Origin: Bathymodiolus heckerae thiotrophic gill symbiont
Lineage (GTDB): Bacteria; Pseudomonadota; Gammaproteobacteria; PS1; Pseudothioglobaceae
Assembly: GCF_900180345.1 (NCBI RefSeq)
Contig: NZ_FXLV01000026.1
Span: 1-19,548 of the forward strand
Direction of reading: 5' to 3'
Length of the DNA: 19,548 bases
Shown here: positions 7,740 through 17,277 of the stretch, one piece after another
How the letters are laid out: every line of letters starts with the position of its first letter
Numbering within the stretch: position 1 is the stretch's first letter
Translations under genes and position numbers: made by a program
The notes under the pieces: generated by a model
What the model saw: only the letters and a program-made list of their open reading frames with translations
Databases searched by the model: none
What the model was told of the DNA's origin: nothing

Positions 7740-9587
7740 ATGCCACTGATTACACTTGACAATCTTTCTCTGCGTTTTGCTGAAAAACCTATTTTAAATG
7801 AGGTGAGTGCCACCATTTTAAAAGGTGAAAAAATCGCACTCATTGGGCGTAATGGCGAGGGAAAATCAACCTTTATGCGTGTTTTAGCTGGAGAAATTGA
7901 GGCGGACGATGGCAAATTAAAGATTAAAAATGGCATAAAAATTAGTTATTTAGAACAAACACCGCCCGAAGATAATGAAAAAAAACTGTTTGATGTAGTC
8001 GCCGAAGGCTTGGGAGATATTGGGGTTATTCTCACGCAATATCAACAATTAATAACAGAAGGAAAACTGAATCAGGCTACTAACTTACAAGAACAAATTG
8101 ACCAACTTGATGGCTGGCAATATCTACATAAAATCGAAATCATCCTACAACGCTTCACCCTGAATCCAGAGGCAATTTTGTCCACTTTATCAGGCGGCTG
8201 GCGGCGACGGGTAATGCTGGCAAAAGCCTTAATACAAGAGCCAAATGTGCTGTTGCTTGACGAGCCAACCAACCACATGGACATTACTGCCATTCTTGAC
8301 TTGGAAAAAATGCTCAAAGACTATCACGGTACTTTGGTGCTCATCAGCCACGACCGTTCTTTTATGGCAGGCATTGTTAATAAAGTATACGACCTTGACC
8401 GTGGTAATTTAGCGGTATTTGAGTGCGGCTATCAAGATTATGTCAAACGCAAAGACAATGTCCTTAATTCAGAGGCATTGGCGAACAAAAGATTTGACAA
8501 AAAACTGGCACAAGAAGAGGTGTGGATTCGCCAAGGCATTAAGGCGAGAAGAACCCGCAACGAAGGTAGAGTGCGGGCTTTACAGGCAATGCGCTCTTCA
8601 TTCATCAGTCGTAGGCAAAAGCAAGGCAAAGTCAAAATACATTCAGTAGCAGAAGATGAAAAACGCGCCTCAAAAGTTGTCTTTGAAGTCAAGAAAATGT
8701 CTTATAAAATCGGCAATTTGCAATTGGTAAAAGATTTTTCTATGTTGGTGTTAAAAGGCGAAAAAATCGGCATTATCGGTGGCAATGGTACAGGAAAATC
8801 CACTTTTATCAAACTACTACTGGACGAATTACAACCCGACAGTGGCTCTATTCGTCGCTCAAAAACCATCAAACTGGCTTATTTTGACCAAATGCGAGAA
8901 AATCTTGACCTGAATATGAAGGCCATGGATTTTGTCTCAGGCGGTCGAGAGCATATCGATATTGGCGGCAAAAGCAAGCACATTATCGGCTATTTGCGTC
9001 AATTCCTATTCACTGGAAAACAAGCCATGGCACCGATTAGAATGTTTTCTGGTGGTGAAAAAAACCGCCTAATGCTGGCTAAAATCCTTTCTCAACCTGC
9101 CAATTTATTGGTATTGGATGAGCCGACCAACGACCTTGATGTAGAAACCTTGGAGCTACTAGAAGAAATGCTAGTGGACTACACCGGCACGCTGATTTTG
9201 ATTTCCCACGATAGGTCTTTTCTTAATAATGTGGTCGGCTCAACCTTAGTTATGGACGGCAATGGTATTATCAATCAATATGCAGGTGGCTATGACGATT
9301 ATCTCAGCCAAAAACAAAGCGATTTAAACGCTAAAGAAAAAACCAAAGCCAAACCAGTTAAAAAAACAACTCAAACAACCAACAAACTCACCTACAAACA
9401 ACAACAGGAGCTTGATAAACTACCCGAAAAAATCGAAAAAACTGAGATAGAGATTAAAGAAATGCAATTAAAACTCTCTAGCCCTGATTTTTTTCAAACG
9501 GATGCCTCTCAAGAAGCCTTAATTAAACTTGCCAGACTAGAGAGCGATTTAGAGCGTTATTACGAACAGTGGAGTGCGTTAGAATGA
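7740..9587 (+). CDS. uup: ABC-F family ATPase Uup
   Basis: 615 aa with two ABC domains (GRNGEGKST, GGNGTGKST; LSGGWRRRVMLAKAL, FSGGEKNRLMLAKIL; LDEPTNHMD, LDEPTNDLD) and a C-terminal coiled-coil LTYKQQQELDKLPEKIEKTE typical of Uup. Confidence 0.92.
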   Translation: MPLITLDNLSLRFAEKPILNEVSATILKGEKIALIGRNGEGKSTFMRVLAGEIEADDGKLKIKNGIKISYLEQTPPEDNEKKLFDVVAEGLGDIGVILTQYQQLITEGKLNQATNLQEQIDQLDGWQYLHKIEIILQRFTLNPEAILSTLSGGWRRRVMLAKALIQEPNVLLLDEPTNHMDITAILDLEKMLKDYHGTLVLISHDRSFMAGIVNKVYDLDRGNLAVFECGYQDYVKRKDNVLNSEALANKRFDKKLAQEEVWIRQGIKARRTRNEGRVRALQAMRSSFISRRQKQGKVKIHSVAEDEKRASKVVFEVKKMSYKIGNLQLVKDFSMLVLKGEKIGIIGGNGTGKSTFIKLLLDELQPDSGSIRRSKTIKLAYFDQMRENLDLNMKAMDFVSGGREHIDIGGKSKHIIGYLRQFLFTGKQAMAPIRMFSGGEKNRLMLAKILSQPANLLVLDEPTNDLDVETLELLEEMLVDYTGTLILISHDRSFLNNVVGSTLVMDGNGIINQYAGGYDDYLSQKQSDLNAKEKTKAKPVKKTTQTTNKLTYKQQQELDKLPEKIEKTEIEIKEMQLKLSSPDFFQTDASQEALIKLARLESDLERYYEQWSALE

Positions 9588-10123
9588 AAAACACACCCTT
9601 AATTGTTGATTTAGATCACACCTTAATTGACACCGATTTATTGTACGAATCCTCAATCGCAACGCTTAAAAAAAGCCCATGGCTAATACTAAAATACCCT
9701 TTTTGGTTCGCACAAGGTAAAGGCTATCTCAAGGAACAATTAGTCAATCGCTGTGATATCGACATCACCGCTCTACCTTACAACCAAACCACCATTGATT
9801 ATATTCAGCAACGCAAAAAAGACGGTTGCAAAGTAATACTTGCCACTGCCTCTCACAAAGATTATGCGTTTGCCGTTGCCAAGCACCTTGAGTTATTTGA
9901 CGATGTTATGGCAAGCAATGCAGGGTTTAATCTGTCCTCACACAACAAAGCAAAGAAATTGATTGAACGCTTTGGCGAGCGGGAATTTGATTATATGGGC
10001 GACCACCTGCGTGATTTGCCCATTTGGGAGGCTTCTAATCTGTCAATTCTGGTTAATATATCAAACAGTATTATCAGCAAAACCAAACACCTTAACACAC
10101 TAGTCTTGTCAAAAAAACACTAA
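9584..10123 (+). CDS. HAD-superfamily hydrolase/phosphatase
   Basis: Starts with MKNTPLIVDLDHTLIDTDLLYES (HAD motif I); later VILATASHKD and GDHLRDLPIWEA. The ATG overlaps the uup stop codon (ATGA at 9584-9587); the track start at 9569 is probably too early. Confidence 0.85.
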   Translation: MKNTPLIVDLDHTLIDTDLLYESSIATLKKSPWLILKYPFWFAQGKGYLKEQLVNRCDIDITALPYNQTTIDYIQQRKKDGCKVILATASHKDYAFAVAKHLELFDDVMASNAGFNLSSHNKAKKLIERFGEREFDYMGDHLRDLPIWEASNLSILVNISNSIISKTKHLNTLVLSKKH

Positions 10124-10238
10124 AAAAAATAATTCCATTTCCCCAAGAGCCGACTGATATAATACCGCCTTTTGTTGTGTGTTTTAACAATAAATTATCA
10201 ACGGTTCAATTATCATAAATTTTAAGGGGTATCACAAA

Positions 10239-10991
10239 ATGTTAAAAACAACACTGGCAACTATCTTTCTAATCGCCACCACCGCCCAAGTACAAGCAGA
10301 AATGACACTTAAACATGGGTTTTATTTAAGCAAGTCTGCTGGTAGCATTGATGCAGATATTTCTGGAAAACATCAGGATTTTTCCGCATTCACTGGCACA
10401 AACCCCGAAGATATTACTGAAAAAAATGCTAGAATCTATGATGGGAAAATTTCCAATGCCCGTTCTTTTGGCTACAATTTAAGATACACGCCAAAAGTTG
10501 GTTTTGGCTATGAACTAGGGCTTTATTTTACTAAAATTAAAATGCCAACCCAAAATGCAGCATTAATTCATGATGATGGCAGTGCTTTTAAGGCTTTTGC
10601 CCCAAATGGAAATATAATAGATGTTGTGGTAAAATCTCCCTCCTCTCATATAACCACTACTGACCTTTATTTGGGTGGCTTGTATAACTTTACAACCGTT
10701 GATAAAATAACCCCTTATGTTGGGTTGGGTTATGCCAAAGTTAAAGGCAACTGGCATCAATCTTATTATAGAGGAACGCCTGGTGGCGTAGGGTATGGAC
10801 AAAGTGGAAAAACCAAAATTGATGGGCATTATGTTAGTGCTAAAGCAGGTGTCAATTTCAAAGAAAATTATAATTTAGAACTAGAGCATGCCAAGCACAA
10901 ACTTCATGCCGATGCTTTTAGAAGTTTCAATATCAACGGCTCAGATTCTGAGTTTAACCGCACCTCTGTTAATCTTATTATTAACTTCTAA
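10239..10991 (+). CDS. Outer-membrane beta-barrel protein (opacity/P44-like)
   Basis: 250 aa, signal peptide MLKTTLATIFLIATTAQVQA, alternating amphipathic strands (ITPYVGLGYAKVKG, YVSAKAGVNFKENYNLELEHAKHK), C-terminal aromatic residue LIINF. Confidence 0.75.
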   Translation: MLKTTLATIFLIATTAQVQAEMTLKHGFYLSKSAGSIDADISGKHQDFSAFTGTNPEDITEKNARIYDGKISNARSFGYNLRYTPKVGFGYELGLYFTKIKMPTQNAALIHDDGSAFKAFAPNGNIIDVVVKSPSSHITTTDLYLGGLYNFTTVDKITPYVGLGYAKVKGNWHQSYYRGTPGGVGYGQSGKTKIDGHYVSAKAGVNFKENYNLELEHAKHKLHADAFRSFNINGSDSEFNRTSVNLIINF

Positions 10992-11010
10992 TTTTTAATC
11001 ATTTTTACAG

Positions 11011-11039
11011 AAAAAAAGGTAGTTTCGCTACCTTTTTTT
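11011..11039. terminator. Bidirectional Rho-independent terminator
   Basis: AAAAAAAGGTAG TTTCG CTACCTTTTTTT: 12-bp inverted repeat with A and T tracts on both sides, just after the OMP stop codon. Confidence 0.85.
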
Positions 11040-11069
11040 ACGCCTAAATAATTAGGGTTAGAGTGTCAT

Positions 11070-11253
11070 TTATTCAACATTTTTCTTTGATCTCCCTGCT
11101 TTTCTACTGCTTACTCTGGCATTGGTCAAAGTCTCGATTTCTTTGATAAAAATCTCATTACCAAGCGCTAATTCTTTGCTAACGGTGATGCGGGTATCTG
11201 CCAATATCTGCGTTGTGGCAAATAATAAACTTAAAAATTACCAACTTTTTCAT
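11070..11253 (-). pseudogene. Short exported-protein ORF disrupted by a one-base frameshift
   Basis: ATG at 11253 follows AGGAG. Frame 1 gives MKKLVIFKFIICHNADIGRYPHHR*. Removing one A in TTTTTAAGTTT gives MKKLVIFSLLFATTQILADTRITVSKELALGNEIFIKEIETLTNARVSSRKAGRSKKNVE*, with a convincing signal peptide (ILA|DTR). The span is 184 nt (3n+1). Confidence 0.55.
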
Positions 11254-11268
11254 TTCTTTCTCCTGTTT

Positions 11269-11448
11269 TTAAACCCCTTCGATTAAATAAGACAAACTGC
11301 CTAAGAGTAAATAAACAACACTGGTAACCATAAGTGTGGCGGCGATAACTCTGGCTAGGACAAGGTTTTTGCCTAAAATTTGCTTGTTAAAAAACCATAT
11401 AGCATAGCCAACAATGAAAGCAATAATGAGTAGTCGTATTAGGAGCAT
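11269..11448 (-). CDS. Small two-helix membrane protein (59 aa), probably co-transcribed downstream of uvrC
   Basis: Hand translation: MLLIRLLIIAFIVGYAIWFFNKQILGKNLVLARVIAATLMVTSVVYLLLGSLSYLIEGV*. Begins 9 nt after the uvrC stop on the same strand; too short for the supplied ORF track. Confidence 0.65.
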   Translation of the reverse strand: MLLIRLLIIAFIVGYAIWFFNKQILGKNLVLARVIAATLMVTSVVYLLLGSLSYLIEGV

Positions 11449-11457
11449 AATTTAATT

Positions 11458-13239
11458 TTATCGTAATTTATCCGCAATTTTAGTCGCTAAAGCGAGACTG
11501 ATACCGCTAACTTTTTGTATTTCATTAGCCGATGCTTTTTTGATTTCTTGCAAGCCACCAAAGTAATTAAGTAGTGCTGTTCTGCGTAGTTTTCCTACAC
11601 CAGCAATACCTTCAAGTAGTGATGTGGTGCGTTTTTTTCCGCGTTTTTGACGATGATTTTTAATCGCAAAGCGGTGTGATTCGTCACGAATATGATTGAC
11701 CAACATCAGTGCGGGGTCGTGAGGCACTAGGTTAATTTTGTTAACTTTTTCGTCTTTAACCGTGATTAAGGTCTCAAGCCCTGCTTTTCGCCCTTCCCCC
11801 TTGGCCACACCGACTAATTGCACATTGTCCACGCCGATGGCGTTCATTACCATAATGGCTTGATTGAGCTGCCCTAGTCCGCCGTCAATAAAGACAACAT
11901 CTGGCAGAGGGATTTTCTCCTTTAGCAGGCGAGAATAGCGCCTAAAAACTGCCTGATTCATCGCCGCATAATCATCGCCTGGGGTGATATTGTTGATGTT
12001 AAATTGGCGATATTTTTTAACTTTTGGCAGTCCTTTTTCAAACACCACGCACGAGGCAACAGTCGCCTCGCCCATGGTGTGGCTAATATCAAAGCATTCC
12101 ATGGTGTTTGGTAATATTTTGAGATTGAGTGTTTTTTGCAGTTGTTGAAGTTGTGTGTGCTTGGTGAATTTTGAGATGAGTTGTTGTTTTAGGTTTTCCT
12201 GTGCGGTAAGTGTGGCAATTTTTAAAAAATGGCGTTTGTCTTTTTGTGGTGTGTCAATAATTTGTGTAGATAGCGCCGAGGCGATGAGTTTTTTGTCTGT
12301 TAGTTTCTCACTGAGTAAAAGTTGTTTGGGTGTATCTTTGCCCAAATAATACAGCGGCAGAAAAGCCGATAAAACTACTTTGCTCGGCTTGCCCTTGGCG
12401 TGTTGCGGGAAAATACATTCTTGCCCAATTTGCTTGCCTGAGCGCACAAACAAAACCTCAACAGCGTGAACGCCATCTTGGGTAACAATGCTAATCACAT
12501 CCATATTGCCCATACTTTGAGAGCTGTGTTGTTCTTGAATAGTGCGCAAACCAATCATTTGATCGCGCAGACGAGCTGCCAACTCAAAATCTTGATTTTT
12601 GGCAGCAACTTGCATTTTTTTAGAGATATTATCTAGCGTTTGCACCCCTTTTCCTGACAAGAAAAGCCCCATCATTTTGACATCTTGTGTGTAGTCTTTA
12701 TCGCTAATTTTCCCCACACAAGGTGCACTACATAGCCCAATTTGGTATTCTAGGCAAGGTCTTGACCTTGAGCGATAAGTGGCGTTAGTGCATTGCCTAA
12801 CTTTAAAAATTTTCTTGAGTAAATTCAGCGAATCTCGAACTACGAGTGCAGAAGGATAAGGCCCAAAAAATTGATAGTTTTCTCGTTTAGTGCCCCGATA
12901 AAAACCTGCTCTTGGATGTTTGTCATTGGTAAGATAAATATAAGGATAGCTTTTTGCGTCTTTGAGTAAAATGTTGTATCGTGGCTTGTTTTCCTTAATC
13001 AGTTGATTTTCTAACAGCAATGCCTGCGTTTCTGTATCGGTAATTACTACCTCAAAATCTTTAATATTGGTAACCAAAACTCGGGTTTTATCGTCTTGAT
13101 GGGTTTTAGAAAAGTAACTGGACACCCGTTTTTTAAGGTTTTTTGCCTTACCAACATAAATCACCATGCCTTGTTTATCAAGCATTTGATAAACGCCAGA
13201 TTGGGTTGTTAAATTTTTTAGTTTTTCTTTAATTGACAT
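11458..13239 (-). CDS. uvrC: Excinuclease ABC subunit C
   Basis: 593 aa with GIY-YIG N-terminus (GVYQMLDKQGMVIYVGKAKNLKKRVSSYF), CLEYQIGLCSAPCVG, ECFDISHTMGEATVASCVVF, DLVFIDGGLGQL-like motif and C-terminal HhH. Confidence 0.97.
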   Translation of the reverse strand: MSIKEKLKNLTTQSGVYQMLDKQGMVIYVGKAKNLKKRVSSYFSKTHQDDKTRVLVTNIKDFEVVITDTETQALLLENQLIKENKPRYNILLKDAKSYPYIYLTNDKHPRAGFYRGTKRENYQFFGPYPSALVVRDSLNLLKKIFKVRQCTNATYRSRSRPCLEYQIGLCSAPCVGKISDKDYTQDVKMMGLFLSGKGVQTLDNISKKMQVAAKNQDFELAARLRDQMIGLRTIQEQHSSQSMGNMDVISIVTQDGVHAVEVLFVRSGKQIGQECIFPQHAKGKPSKVVLSAFLPLYYLGKDTPKQLLLSEKLTDKKLIASALSTQIIDTPQKDKRHFLKIATLTAQENLKQQLISKFTKHTQLQQLQKTLNLKILPNTMECFDISHTMGEATVASCVVFEKGLPKVKKYRQFNINNITPGDDYAAMNQAVFRRYSRLLKEKIPLPDVVFIDGGLGQLNQAIMVMNAIGVDNVQLVGVAKGEGRKAGLETLITVKDEKVNKINLVPHDPALMLVNHIRDESHRFAIKNHRQKRGKKRTTSLLEGIAGVGKLRRTALLNYFGGLQEIKKASANEIQKVSGISLALATKIADKLR

Positions 13240-13286
13240 CTATACAAAAAGGTAAAATACATTTCATTTTGAAAGCCTTTTAAACA

Positions 13287-13931
13287 ATGATTAAAACACT
13301 GCTTATTATATTGCTTATTCTGCCTATTAATTTGGCTTTAGCGGCACAGAATACCACTTTGTCAAATTCAAACTCGTTGAATGGTATTATTGACCTGCCA
13401 AATACAGCCGCGCTCAATATTATGATGGGTGCTTTGTCGTCGCTTAAAGAGCTTAGAGAGCAAAATAAAGCCACACCTGAGAATATCGAAACACTTATTA
13501 AAATCAAACTGTTACCTAATATTGCATTGGATGTTTCAGCTCGGTTGGCACTAAAAAAACACTGGCACACTCTTAACAGCCAACAACAGCACATTTTTCA
13601 GCAATATATTACTGAGTCTTTAATTAGAGATTATGCAGGTGTTTTAGGAGCTTATAAGCAGTTTGATAGTATCAATATTTCAGTCAATCCTAAGGTAAAA
13701 CGCAAGGACAATAAGGCGATTGTTAAAGTACTCATTGCCTTTAATGAGAGTCAAAATCCTTTCAAAGTAACTTTAAAAATGATTTATTCAAATCGCTGGC
13801 GTGTGTATGATTTAATGTTTTCAGGGGTGAGCCTGGTTAAAAACTATCAGGCACAATTTAATTCACACATTAGGCGCAAAGGCATCGACAGCCTAATGAG
13901 AAAAATTATCAGTAAACTTTCAAAAGGTTAA
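13287..13931 (+). CDS. mlaC: MlaC/Ttg2D family phospholipid-binding protein
   Basis: 214 aa with signal peptide and the pattern FQQYITESLIRDYAGVLGAYKQFDSINI...WRVYDLMFSGVSLVKNYQAQFNSHIRRKGIDSLMRKI. Confidence 0.87.
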   Translation: MIKTLLIILLILPINLALAAQNTTLSNSNSLNGIIDLPNTAALNIMMGALSSLKELREQNKATPENIETLIKIKLLPNIALDVSARLALKKHWHTLNSQQQHIFQQYITESLIRDYAGVLGAYKQFDSINISVNPKVKRKDNKAIVKVLIAFNESQNPFKVTLKMIYSNRWRVYDLMFSGVSLVKNYQAQFNSHIRRKGIDSLMRKIISKLSKG

Positions 13932-13937
13932 AACACA

Positions 13938-15197
13938 ATGTACAAGCTAGTTATTCAAGGCGGAAAACCTCTACACGGTACTGTTAAAGCCTCAGGGTCT
14001 AAAAATTCTTCATTGCCTATTTTATTTGCCTCTATTTTAGCAGACAGTCCGATTACACTAAACAATACACCACACCTGAGCGATATATCCACCACACTAA
14101 GGTTGTTAATGAGTATGGGCGCTGAGTTTATTTTAGAGTCTGATTCTTCGTTATTCGTTGATTCTTCTAAACTCACTAATTTAGTGGCTGATTACAATTT
14201 GGTGAAAACCATGCGTGCGTCAATTTTGGTATTGGGTCCCATGCTGGCAAAATATGGTGAAGCCAAGGTTTCATTGCCAGGCGGTTGTGCCATTGGCACT
14301 CGTCCTGTTAACCTTCACCTCAAAGCATTGGAGGAATTAAACGCCACTATTGAAGTTAAAAATGGCTATATTTATGCAAAATCCAAGGGCTTAGTGGGTG
14401 CAAATATTCATTTTGACCAAGTAACAGTAACTGCCACAGAAAATGTCATTATGGCAGCCACACTTGCCAAAGGCACAACCACAATCAACAACGCCGCTCA
14501 AGAACCAGAAGTATCTGATTTGTGTTTTTACCTTAATAAAATGGGTGCAAAAATTAGCGGTATCGGCACTTCAATTATTATTATTGAAGGAGTGAAAAAT
14601 TTAGAAGGTGTGCAGTACTCAGTTTGTTCAGACCGTATTGAGGCAGCCACCTATTTGGTTGCCGCTGCTATTACAGGTGGTTCTATCACCGTTAAAAATA
14701 CCAATTCTCAGGTGATGCGCTCCGTACTTGGCAAATTAATCGAAATCGGCGCTGACATTAAAACTGGAAAAGACACCATTAGCCTTGATATGAAAGGAAA
14801 ACGACCAAAATCTGTTAGTATTAAAACTGGCGCCTATCCTAATTTTCCAACCGATATGCAAGCGCAATTTACCGCATTAAACACCATTGCAGAAGGCCAT
14901 AGTAGTATTACTGAAAATATTTTTGAAAACCGCTTTATGCACATTCCTGAACTCATGCGTATGGGGGCAGACCTCATGCTAGAAGGCAACACCGTGGTTT
15001 GCAAAGGGGTAAAGTCACTAACGGGCGCGCATTTAATGGCAACTGACCTAAGGGCTTCGGCATCATTAGTATTGGCAGGATTGGCTGCCAAAGGCACCAC
15101 TACGATTGAGCGGGTTTATCACCTTGACCGTGGTTACGAAACCATTGAAGAAAAGCTAAAATCATTGGGTGCTGACATTGAAAGAGTACAGGATTAA
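13938..15197 (+). CDS. murA: UDP-N-acetylglucosamine 1-carboxyvinyltransferase
   Basis: 419 aa with N-terminal GTVKASGSKNSSLPILFASIL and catalytic loop LPGGCAIGTRPVNLH retaining the active-site Cys. Confidence 0.97.
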   Translation: MYKLVIQGGKPLHGTVKASGSKNSSLPILFASILADSPITLNNTPHLSDISTTLRLLMSMGAEFILESDSSLFVDSSKLTNLVADYNLVKTMRASILVLGPMLAKYGEAKVSLPGGCAIGTRPVNLHLKALEELNATIEVKNGYIYAKSKGLVGANIHFDQVTVTATENVIMAATLAKGTTTINNAAQEPEVSDLCFYLNKMGAKISGIGTSIIIIEGVKNLEGVQYSVCSDRIEAATYLVAAAITGGSITVKNTNSQVMRSVLGKLIEIGADIKTGKDTISLDMKGKRPKSVSIKTGAYPNFPTDMQAQFTALNTIAEGHSSITENIFENRFMHIPELMRMGADLMLEGNTVVCKGVKSLTGAHLMATDLRASASLVLAGLAAKGTTTIERVYHLDRGYETIEEKLKSLGADIERVQD

Positions 15198-15199
15198 TT

Positions 15200-15817
15200 A
15201 TGTTAACAATCGCATTATCTAAAGGCAGAATTCTTGAGCAAACCCTGCCATTATTAAAAAAAGCAGGGCTAAAAATTGCCGATGCAGAACTGAATTCCAG
15301 AAAGCTGATTTTGGATACCAATCTTGACGATGTCAAAGTAATCGTCATTCGTGCTACTGATGTGCCTGTATTCTTACAACATGGAGCAGCAGACATTGGT
15401 ATTGCTGGCAAAGATGTATTACTAGAGCATGGCGCCAATGGTTTGTTTGAGTTGCTAGATTTAGGTATTGCCAAGTGCAAACTAATGGTAGCAGCCAGGG
15501 ATGAGGGTAAATTAAAACAAAGCACTCTGAAAATTGCCACTAAATATGTCAACTCAGCCAAACGCCACTTTGAAGGCAAAAATCAGCAGATTGAGATTAT
15601 TAAACTCTACGGCGCAATGGAGCTCGCACCCGTGGTTGGCTTAGCGCATTGTATTGTTGATTTGGTCGATACTGGCAATACACTCAAAGCAAACGGACTT
15701 GTGCCGCTTGAACACATTGAAAACATTAGCACTCGTTTAGTGGTTAATGCTGCGTCATTCAAAACCAAAAATGTGCAAATTAAATCCTGGGTTCAGGCAA
15801 TAGAAAAAAACCTATGA
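15200..15817 (+). CDS. hisG: ATP phosphoribosyltransferase, short form
   Basis: 205 aa: [23 protein letters not shown] and [27 protein letters not shown]. Confidence 0.95.
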   Translation: MLTIALSKGRILEQTLPLLKKAGLKIADAELNSRKLILDTNLDDVKVIVIRATDVPVFLQHGAADIGIAGKDVLLEHGANGLFELLDLGIAKCKLMVAARDEGKLKQSTLKIATKYVNSAKRHFEGKNQQIEIIKLYGAMELAPVVGLAHCIVDLVDTGNTLKANGLVPLEHIENISTRLVVNAASFKTKNVQIKSWVQAIEKNL

Positions 15818-17106
15818 TTACTCGCCTATCCACACAGCAAACTGATTTTCAAGATAAACTATCTAATTTACTCGCTTGGGAAGGTGTGTCTAATGCTGAT
15901 GTCGTTCAAATCGTTGACGATATTATTGCCAATATCAAGGCCAATGGCGATACAGCACTGGTTGATTACAGCATCAAATTTGATGGCGTAAATGCCGCCA
16001 ATATGTCAGACTTGACTATTGCATTGCCGGCACTCAAAACAGCCTTTGAGTCGCTAGATAACAAGGAAAAAACCGCACTACAAATAGCGGCCGATAGAGT
16101 GCGTTTCTACCACGAAAAACAACACCAAGACACTTGGACTTATGCCGAAGATAACGGCACCGTATTAGGGCAAAAAATTACCCCAATTGAACGAGTAGGT
16201 CTATATGTACCAGGTGGAAAAGCGGCCTACCCTTCTTCGGTGTTGATGAACGCCATCCCTGCCAAGGTCGCTGGCGTACAAGATTTAATTATGGTCGTGC
16301 CCACACCAAATGGTGTTACCAATCCATTGGTTTTAGCAGCGGCATATATTTCAGGCGTTACCCAAGTGTTTACCGTGGGTGGCGCACAGGCAATAGCGGC
16401 ACTGGCTTATGGCACGCAAACCATACCAAAGGTTGATAAAATTGTCGGTCCAGGTAATATTTTTGTCGCTACTGCCAAACGAGCAGTATTTGGTCAAGTT
16501 GGCATTGATATGATCGCAGGACCGAGTGAAATTCTCATTATTTGCGATGGCAAAACCGACCCTGATTGGATTGCTATGGACTTGTTTTCCCAAGCCGAAC
16601 ACGACGAAGATGCGCAATCGATCTTACTTTGCCCTGATAAAGATTTTATTAATAAAGTAGAAAAAAGCATTGAAAAACTTTTGCCAACTATGGACAGAAA
16701 AGCCATTATCGCCAAGGCACTTAAAGACCGTGGCGCTTTAATCCACACCAAAGACATAAATGAAGCCATCGCTATTTCTAACCAAATTGCACCCGAACAT
16801 TTGGAACTTTCTGTCGAAAATCCTAAAGCCATGCTTGATAATATAAAACACGCTGGTGCAATCTTTATGGGTAGAAACACCTGTGAGGCGCTCGGCGATT
16901 ATTGCGCAGGCCCTAATCATGTATTGCCCACCTCTGGCACTGCTCGTTTCTCATCGCCGCTCGGTGTTTATGACTTCCAAAAAAAATCCAGCTTAATTAT
17001 GGTATCTGACCAAGGCGCAAACACACTTGGTGAAATTGCCGCTACTCTAGCAGATGGCGAAGGCTTACAAGCGCACGCCCAATCTGCTCGCTATCGCATA
17101 AAATAA
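15814..17106 (+). CDS. hisD: Histidinol dehydrogenase
   Basis: 430 aa: [53 protein letters not shown]. Overlaps the end of hisG. Confidence 0.97.
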   Translation: MITRLSTQQTDFQDKLSNLLAWEGVSNADVVQIVDDIIANIKANGDTALVDYSIKFDGVNAANMSDLTIALPALKTAFESLDNKEKTALQIAADRVRFYHEKQHQDTWTYAEDNGTVLGQKITPIERVGLYVPGGKAAYPSSVLMNAIPAKVAGVQDLIMVVPTPNGVTNPLVLAAAYISGVTQVFTVGGAQAIAALAYGTQTIPKVDKIVGPGNIFVATAKRAVFGQVGIDMIAGPSEILIICDGKTDPDWIAMDLFSQAEHDEDAQSILLCPDKDFINKVEKSIEKLLPTMDRKAIIAKALKDRGALIHTKDINEAIAISNQIAPEHLELSVENPKAMLDNIKHAGAIFMGRNTCEALGDYCAGPNHVLPTSGTARFSSPLGVYDFQKKSSLIMVSDQGANTLGEIAATLADGEGLQAHAQSARYRIK

Positions 17107-17277
17107 CTTCGTCTTTTTGTCTTCTGCTGTATTATATTTTATAAAATTTTCAATCACATAGTTTTTACTATGCTTAATCAAATTCTATACAATTTGCCTT
17201 GCATAAAAAAATACTCATTATTTAGCTCTAAAATAGTTAACCTGAGAGCAAAGAATACTCCAGCAAGTTCTATCAGT

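Noticed and set aside
15100-15579. 159-aa minus-strand ORF opposite hisG
   Set aside because: Shadow ORF; hisG in the other strand is unambiguous.
15200-15817. HisG appears truncated (205 aa)
   Set aside because: This matches the known short-form HisG that works with HisZ; not a decay signal.
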